DNA of 64,000 nt from contig CAVVPN010000012.1 in assembly GCA_963750165.1 (NCBI GenBank), positions 64,001-128,000 on the forward strand. The letters are read 5' to 3'. Below, piece by piece: positions 60,701 through 64,000 of this stretch. Under the pieces are notes generated by a model. It had not been told where the DNA came from and ran no database searches. It worked only from the letters and a program-made list of their open reading frames with translations. The translations under genes were made by a program, and so were the position numbers. Within the stretch, counting starts at the first letter, position 1. Every line of letters starts with the position of its first letter. The DNA comes from an uncultured Gemmataceae bacterium. GTDB taxonomy: Bacteria; Planctomycetota; Planctomycetia; Gemmatales; Gemmataceae.

Positions 60701-63700
60701 CCGGGGTTGACGACGGCGCTGGCCGGTTGCGACGTGATCGTGTCGGCCTGCACGTTGGCCGTGTTCGACCCGATGGTGATGGTGGCGGTGTTATGCCACG
60801 CGCCGGCGATGCCCTTCTGGTAAATGGCCTGGATCTGGCCCGGGGTCAACGTTTGTTGCCAGATGCCCAGGTCGTCGATCTGGAAGTCACCACCCTGGTT
60901 ATACTTGGTGCCGCTCTGGGGGTTGTTGTTGAGGTAGAACAGACCATTGATGGCGTCGATCACCTGCTTGGCGGCTGTGGGGTTGAAGGTGCCCATGTTG
61001 GGCAGGTCCTGCTTGAACTGACCGTTCTGGTAGACGAGGAGCCCTTGCGGCGTCCACTCCAGGGTGAACATGTTCCACTGATTGATGCCGAACTCAACGT
61101 TGAGCGGTTGCGTCACATTCTGGCCGTCCGGCTTGCCGTCGGCTCGGACCTGCAAGGTGTACAGCGGGTTGCTCATGCTGGAACCCGGGGCGGTTGCGTA
61201 ATTCGGGATGGTGCGGACCTGCACCTCACCTTCGTACTCGCCGCCCTTGGACGGGTCACTCTGGTGGCCGAGGAGCATTTCCGCGTTCTGGCCGTTGCCG
61301 AAGAAGCCCTGGGTGGAGGTGTCGAAGTCCGAACCGATCAGCTCGGGCAGGTTGAGCCAGAACGAGTAGGTCAGAGTGCCGCTACTCGTGGAGGTACTGC
61401 TCGCGCTGCTGGTGGCGCCCGCGGAGCCGAGGCTGTTCAGGTGGGCGTTGGTGTAGCCCAACGCATCCGTGGTGTTGCCGTTGGGAAGGTTCGCGTCGAT
61501 GCCGCCCGCATCCGTGTTGTACGGCGTGAGCAATTCCTGCCACGGTTCCGCGGAACTGTTGTACGGGATGCCGCCGTTCGGCGGCACATTGGTATTGTCC
61601 GCGTAAGGCGTCGTCGCCGTGAGGATCAGAATGACCGGGGTGTTGGCGGCGTGCGCCTGCAAAGAACTCGCCGCCCGGTAATTGTCGGCGATGAAATCGA
61701 GCGTGTTGCGCACCACCGTGAACTGGGTGTCGCCCGCGAAGGGGCCGCTCGTTTCGAGCGTCGCCCCGGTCACCTTGGCGACCTCACTCGGGCCGAGTTC
61801 GATGTAGAAGGGGTACGTGATCGGGAAGCCGACGGTCGAATTCACATAGATGTTCGTGTCCGACGTGGTGATCGGCTTGTTCGGCCCGTTCGTGTCGCCG
61901 CCAACCAGGAACGTCTCCGGGCCTTGCCAGGCCGGCCCTTGCAAACCGTCGTTGAGGAGGCCGCCGCGGACGTAGTTTCCCGGGTTCTGCGTGCTGAGGT
62001 TGTTCCCGCTGGTGATCGCCGTGAAGGCGGTGCCGCTGGACACGCCCGTCACGGTGAAGCTGGTGTTGTTGCCGTACGCGGTGGGGACGGTCCCGGGCGT
62101 GATGGTGACATTGCTGAAGACGCCCTGATTGCTGTTGGAGGAGCCGCTTTCGGCGCCGATCGTGATGTCGGTGTATGGGTTGACCTGGTTGAGTTCATTG
62201 TTGTCAGACGTGGAAAAGCTCACGTAGCCGACCGAGGCGGTGCCGCCGGTGCCCGGGGAGTTCGTCACGTCCGCCACGTTGCCGCTGTTGCCGCCGGCCA
62301 GGCTAGCCGTCGGATTGGTGTAGGTGAAGCTGTTGGCGTTCGGCACCGAGGCGATGGTGTACATGCCGTTGTAGGTGGCGGCGGCGGTGCCGAAGGCCGA
62401 CTCCGCCAGGCCCGTCACCGGATCACTGTAGACGAACTCCGTGGGGCTGTTCACCTGGGTGACGCGGAACAGGCCGTTGAAGCCCGCCGGGCTCATGCCG
62501 CTGATGACCACGTAGCTGCCGACGGCCACGCCGGTCGCCGCACTGGTGTCGATGGTGACGTTGCCACTCATGTCCTCCACGGCGCCGGTGATTGTGACGG
62601 CCGCCGCGTTGGGCGCACTGGAGAGCCATACGGTATCGCCGGTCTGATAGGCGTTGACTGCGCCGGTGGTACTCGTGCCGTTATTGAAGTTGACGGTAAC
62701 GGTGTTGCCGGTCTCCGAAATGCCAGTGGTGCCGCTCGGGCCGCTGATTGAGATCGGGAAGGCGGTGATCGTGGCGGTGCCGCCGGTGCCGCTGTAGATG
62801 CCGCCGGCGGACGGTAGCGTCGCCAGGCCGCCGGGAACGCCGGGGGCGGTGGCGGTGAACTGGTAGAGGTTCGGGGCGCCGCTGGTGCCCGTGATCGTGT
62901 ACGTGCCGTTGTAGCCGCCACCGATGCCGCTCACCGTGATGACATCGCCGGTCTGGAAATTCTCCGCCGCGGCGGCGATGAAGGTGACGACACCATTGCT
63001 GTTGTCGCTCACCTGGGCGATCGGCACGGAACTGGTGAGGTAGGTGCCGTTGATGCTGGCCGGGTCGTTGGTATCGGTGTAGGTGAAGTGGGTGCTGTCC
63101 GTGACCGTGTTGATCTGGTACGTGCCGTTGAACTGCGACGGCGTGACGCCGGAAATGATGACAAACTGACCGGGAGTCAGCGCCATCGGGTAAGCGGTGG
63201 TCGCGGTGACAGTCGTGCCGCTCAGGCTGACGCTGGCAATCGCGAACGGATTGAGGATCGCATAGCCGGTGGCCGCACCGCTGGGAGTGCCCGCGCCGAG
63301 GTTGGCGGTACTGGTGGTGACCGTGAACTGGTTGCCGCTAACCGACGTGACGACGTAGCTGGTGTCGTAACTCGACGTGGTTGAGGCCAGGTCCGCGAGC
63401 GTCACCGACTCGCCCAGTTTGAAGGGATTGGACGCACCACTGAGCGTGATCGTCGAGGTGTTGCCGGACGAGGCGGCGCTGCTGATGGCGTAGGATTCCG
63501 CGATCGTGCCACCGGAGGCGTAGGGCGGCATGCCGGAGGCGGTGGTGTAGGTGAACGTGTTGCCGCTCACGGTGGCCACGTGAACGATGCCGTTGAAGTA
63601 GCCGGCCGCGGAACCCGTGTTCGTGAGCGTGGCCAGTCCCAGAATGGGATCGACGAAACTGAAGTTCTGGCCGCTGGTGCTGCCCGGAGTGATCCGCCAG

Positions 63701-64000
63701 GTGCCGTTGTAGCCGGCGTTGGGCGCGGAGAAACCGCTGATCGACACGTCGCTGCCGTCCACGAACGGATTCGTGCCGCCGCTCAGGGTGACGGTCACGT
63801 TGCCGCTGCCGTCTTCCACGATGTTCGCGATGGCCGTGCTCGGAATGCTCGCGGCGGGGTTGACTCCGGCGATCTGCACGATGTCGCCCGCATGCACCGC
63901 GCCCGCGGCGCCGAGCGTCACGGTGACGGTGTTGCCCGACGCGCTGACGCCGGTGATCGAATTGGGCGAGCCACCCGCGTTCCAGGTGGCGCCGTTGATG
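48703..64000 (-). CDS. Giant (>5,000 aa) multidomain extracellular protein, 5' end outside the window
   Basis: The frame is open to the window edge. Contains beta-rich repeats, LamG-like, Ig/I-set-like, cadherin-like, 2 IPT/TIG, Big_3, YDG, DNRLRE-like, three cohesin-like and two dockerin-like segments. Confidence 0.92.
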   Translation of the reverse strand, partial: INGATWNAGGSPNSITGVSASGNTVTVTLGAAGAVHAGDIVQIAGVNPAASIPSTAIANIVEDGSGNVTVTLSGGTNPFVDGSDVSISGFSAPNAGYNGTWRITPGSTSGQNFSFVDPILGLATLTNTGSAAGYFNGIVHVATVSGNTFTYTTASGMPPYASGGTIAESYAISSAASSGNTSTITLSGASNPFKLGESVTLADLASTTSSYDTSYVVTSVSGNQFTVTTSTANLGAGTPSGAATGYAILNPFAIASVSLSGTTVTATTAYPMALTPGQFVIISGVTPSQFNGTYQINTVTDSTHFTYTDTNDPASINGTYLTSSVPIAQVSDNSNGVVTFIAAAAENFQTGDVITVSGIGGGYNGTYTITGTSGAPNLYQFTATAPGVPGGLATLPSAGGIYSGTGGTATITAFPISISGPSGTTGISETGNTVTVNFNNGTSTTGAVNAYQTGDTVWLSSAPNAAAVTITGAVEDMSGNVTIDTSAATGVAVGSYVVISGMSPAGFNGLFRVTQVNSPTEFVYSDPVTGLAESAFGTAAATYNGMYTIASVPNANSFTYTNPTASLAGGNSGNVADVTNSPGTGGTASVGYVSFSTSDNNELNQVNPYTDITIGAESGSSNSNQGVFSNVTITPGTVPTAYGNNTSFTVTGVSSGTAFTAITSGNNLSTQNPGNYVRGGLLNDGLQGPAWQGPETFLVGGDTNGPNKPITTSDTNIYVNSTVGFPITYPFYIELGPSEVAKVTGATLETSGPFAGDTQFTVVRNTLDFIADNYRAASSLQAHAANTPVILILTATTPYADNTNVPPNGGIPYNSSAEPWQELLTPYNTDAGGIDANLPNGNTTDALGYTNAHLNSLGSAGATSSASSTSTSSGTLTYSFWLNLPELIGSDFDTSTQGFFGNGQNAEMLLGHQSDPSKGGEYEGEVQVRTIPNYATAPGSSMSNPLYTLQVRADGKPDGQNVTQPLNVEFGINQWNMFTLEWTPQGLLVYQNGQFKQDLPNMGTFNPTAAKQVIDAINGLFYLNNNPQSGTKYNQGGDFQIDDLGIWQQTLTPGQIQAIYQKGIAGAWHNTATITIGSNTANVQADTITSQPASAVVNPGGSTSFSVNTYNTIASGHDTVQWQVSTDDGATYTNITNGGIYSGATSATLNISGAPTASILSVVQTASSNTVTITTTAANPFVTGDTAVISGLADTNLDGTYVIAVTSPTTFTYTTNVAPAADISLGAGGTALDTLSGYLYQAVVTNPSGNGSATLTSTAAVLAVDVSTAYFKSGSSYPSDLPSQGVLAVSNVNTSQSASMYASSANPTGQDTVLWYQSVDGGFNYSLVPLAQLPSNQAGVNNPVLTYTNVIQTDLGLYEAVFTNSLGTVTTTPLTLTNAAETITTQPTSVTATRGSTVTFTAVATAEAGDLVSWQQSTDGGITWTLFSGPTSINDGTTTLTFNNVTGAQNGYQYRAAFANGTLLTNAATLLVPGLLAYEPFNYYVPTATKDSATIAPGVSLLGQGPGNGNTSTIGLQGTWTNDGTGTPDVVAGSLQYPSYPSALGGASYPNYDGTPPASVTPFGNSYVNPYYYQSGTTQQSDIALSSPFGDSSNGGTGGTFWISFLAKPATGNSGANNSQPWAVRLISDPTNANANVYIGFNSALQWEAGSFANLVSGSSTGLITNLAENINNNGSITQEITVHLVAELQFTPGGSTTVTLYMNPGFGQSPAAGSLITTATGTDYGTISALGTFDGDRAYLGEIRVSDSFSDLWSNAAAQGISTAGVVATSDPRLNGTQVPDIADATNNGATNQTVGTGSGSYSINVVNVGSTTATAGLFKFGDGSGGISSYIPAGYSITDAKVILTGLNPTTSPTGPQPLIQTSAYNITSAWNDSSAPSPTINTSAAVATGTGTGADGEYTYDITTLAQQWAAGTTANNGIAIVQTGSTTINNLDFFSREGGYSSSVNYDVNSLDRPVLVLTLAQTSGLGITSNGGGASAAVNVPEGNTAVTAVTVNNFTGSMPAYNLSGTDASLFSITSGGVLTFMSAPTTPSLYNVTVNVTAGSSSASQALAVTVTPEGNPTLTALSDLNLQVNPGAQTVNLSGISDPNVPAPYAVSVNFSGQATGDTLGFADVAGVIPVSGWNNISSGGSQTLTDSNGGTVNGGVTLTYTGGGDTTSGGALYGLYPDSSSASNNALMKSGVGPSGGVGNSNHFTFSNLAASFPNGYDVYVYLDAPWAYTSVSGKISDGTNTVNYLATPTPFAAGFVPSNAVNQAGNYVVLRNESADSLTLTNTMLNAAFGGRSIFIFDEVTGIEIVPRATPLPLTVTTTSSNPALIPYAAVTYTGGSTGSLSFTPTADMQGSSVISVNVSDGNYTTTQQFTVNVASSPTVTGVSPTSGTTAGGTSVVITGTNFIGVSAVKFGTDNATSYTVNSPTQITAIAPAEATGTVDITITTAGGISATSAADQFSYVSSPSVTQVNPNTGPVAGGTSVVITGTSFVGVTAVKFGANDAMSYTVNSPTQITAVDPSGSPGIVDVTVTNSFGISPTSAADQFTYVTATTTMLNTLSSVVYGTQVTFTATVSGNPSVGTVTFTDNGVALPGTSTVPVTNGTASYTTFIALSAGTHPIVATYSGGTGYQGSPSASQNQVVTPAPVTVSGVVASNKTYDGTTAATVSAPTQIVSLSFYTNSGTLSTGYTDALGASDAAGIVSATNWNNVGTGASGTASSLNNATGAATGVGVTWASYGLNTEYNYGGANNFQPQGGTQGNQELMSSDIEALNTTTHIQLTNLPASGYTVYVYLSEPAYFWGATGTIYAGDGTEYISNINTGLPSGAGIDPPITSTGFQVPTAAFAGTFTQTTSTSSPGNYVEFQGLTTSTLVLTEVLAGSNGQSFAGTGITGIQIVSAPTLSGVLSSDAGNVSLVATGATGTFATRNAGTGIAVQVAGLSLTGSAAANYTLVQPTVTADIAPRPITVTAATNTKTYDGTTSAAATPTLTSGTLVGGDTATYAETYDTPDAGTGKTLTPTATINDGNGGMNYAVTYVTDTTGVINLAPTTTMLTANPNPSSFNQAVTLTATVSGGVGNNGTVDFQDNGTDLPGGSAVPVVNGVATFQISTLSVGNHPLTAIYSGSTDYAGSPSMTVTQVVSSPQPGLMVYEPFNYYVAPDTQGGRGTGMSLIGEGLNGSNLGLSGSYINLGQQDDQVVAGSLSYPEANPPASVTPLGNTMFDRSGQNGSAAPLATSAQFGDADGSSTYWVSVLIQPDVAPSGYFGTYLIGNNGSGLLLGWGGDSNTTSGRSYNGSTFGGAGTLTYANGVGYNPVAGTTVHLVAEMVFTPGQPTTVYTYLNPGFGSTPADGSLISTQTGIDYGTITKLGTGDNTAGAFQDEVRIANSYANLWSDPTVQGVPSATADASTDPRFNGTPVVATANAIYDGTTNQSDSGSYKILPVNTSATAYGMYQFGNLSSAVPAGDTITSAKVVLTPLFYGQNITSYNAYNIMSSWDDSTANQTPTIGTSVIATATGYPQGQISFDITSLAQNWLANPSSNNGIAVLGTPGSSEVDIFDREAGFRSGSGFDFNYNEVPVLVLQVASAQTGTTTTLTDLGPNPSLNFGGTIQPVSFQVHVTPASGSVAGDTVSLSDNGNPIAGATGTLDANGNAIITVSNFAVGSHPITATFATQGNFTTSTSLSVTQNVVSSLQVDSATLAGNYVQLVFDGPVDPNTTQLFYSPGATAVAPNITLTGPGGSVKGSLLIDATHPNVATFVATAGELAPGNYTVAVTNSVKAVGGATLASNYSQPLTVASPLVTPVVTAAFVARGPGQTVNIPNSSTGLPITLSGITSAVQSLSFTLTYDPTLLSVTAATLSTDAASNGNLVLNPISFTSIDAHHMLITFTIVGGSGGGHWNPSGGTGTLLTLTATVPQNAPYTDKALLATQSVVLNGTAAQGDDAIDVNAYQGDIDGSHTYTGLDASLIDRVSVGQGTGFSVFKDLDPWIIGSVTASGTLGVTGLDAADVDKAAVGSFPSVIPQPPTGFTITGPLGPDPRLYLAAATGGDGQTVTVQERFNVSGADPSTEIDAIDSVIEYDPSKFTVSNIRAGSLLPGFSVTTNVDAVHGVIRVSEFTANPAQAPNPTDGDVLLLDFTVNSSAPLGPSPLKLAASYTDANNTSTTTAVYNATSALTLGPAPQNPSTLPLSGSTVSPFVTNVDNYFSVVGHSGTEGFPANTTATAGGTVTIPINFSNGPVPFDIAAVDNAIKFNPLLLQVTNVTVGSLLTGFSLTTNVDNTNGVLRTSEFTANEAAVSGGQVGAVLQITFAVNGSASGSIPLYILQSYTDSNNTTTTTAVYDDNGAITLTPAPQGTGSNPVFVTGVDGNLNIVVQPNQPPYASLPVPAVIPEALFNPAAHAGLQTVTPNTVAFSAATGDAIIVTDSDYTASGSPETTTLTLTGSPAGTSSGPVGTLTAAASGQAMVSGGGTQPLVITGSPSDITATLSSLVYTPGPGFFGTATLTVSTTDNGNSGYGGSLTDVRSTSITVVGLFLSEIDTLKGNTTNPSQYIEVFSTVPSYTIPTGVYLTGINGVSGSTPAAGVLADIFNLSGFTTGSNGYLALLQKSEKYSSGGYEVAGGNQLDNSGTGVGFGSGNTSKFGTVTGVHTGSTRPSGQLATDILLTGAESFLLIQTPTAPTTTTNIDPANTGNPSNQTSAYNGWNVLDSVGILDSASTSHAYAAITFKPTGATGTTLAGSNVVNTGTWVANYVGRIAQNTGSSGADWLGSVVTGTPSSGMFFLGSPNSTAFAGQPLNSIGGPNDWAPQLTVAVNDDSSNQHSQVAELTLTFSTPVNIVDLASDFVLKDASGNPLSINVSDPGTGATTEGASGPVPDSGATQLFVTFNADATHTFNFITPYLDQFGNTLTVGLVDGNYFLNTKVADISAASNSAVLLDGAKNGMSGSTTSGTGNLNGNGVNQVDEFWRLFGDTEGRRQVDGVDTTNFRTVNGVTQETSGMTAGILAASESNNTVTITTNGPSGFLMGEIVNIVGLPAGYNGSFVILSVNGNTFTYMAPTSGLTAVTNPTGAAATLNSYQWYLDYNEDGNIDVGNTLEQTQLINRLFTQMPA

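Noticed and set aside
49360..62751. Very long plus-strand ORFs (2352, 1187 and 796 aa)
   Set aside because: Antisense shadows of the giant minus-strand gene, caused by high-GC codon bias; Arg/Gly/Val-rich with no motifs.

Overview
High-GC bacterial DNA, most likely Planctomycetota (Gemmataceae-like). The evidence is the LEDR/LEPR-type N-terminal motifs, a TIGR02999-like ECF sigma/Ser-Thr kinase pair, many WD40 proteins and REP-like palindromes; this taxonomy is inferred, not searched. Layout: (1) 1-17.6 kb is chromosomal-type genes: an Rpn-family nuclease followed by a stand-alone copy of its own C-terminal module, an enolase-superfamily enzyme, L-lactate permease, an ECF sigma/anti-sigma operon, Ig-repeat and WD40 proteins, a HEXXH protein and tRNA-Arg(TCT). 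(2) From about 17.7 kb to at least 31 kb is a capsid-less, satellite/PICI-like integrated element on the 5' side of the tRNA. It has an integrase, HTH proteins, a primase-helicase, an iteron-like origin, a Lys/Gly microprotein, a PLD nuclease, an element protein fused to the HsdR C-terminal half, an ART-like protein, a SWIM protein and an XRE regulator with a three-operator divergent switch. It is hit by a nested ISKra4/ISNCY-like insertion. (3) 31.8-46 kb holds an IS66 and two IS1380 copies with the same amber stop, bracketing mddA, an RTX protein, a kinase-WD40-TPR gene and an ECF sigma. (4) 47.9-64 kb holds a >5,000-aa multidomain surface protein with cohesin- and dockerin-like modules, directly followed by a cohesin-like PEP-CTERM protein; this is a candidate cohesin-dockerin surface-anchoring system. 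Several genes carry single-base frameshifts in short homopolymers, probably sequencing errors. All family calls come from motif recognition by eye.
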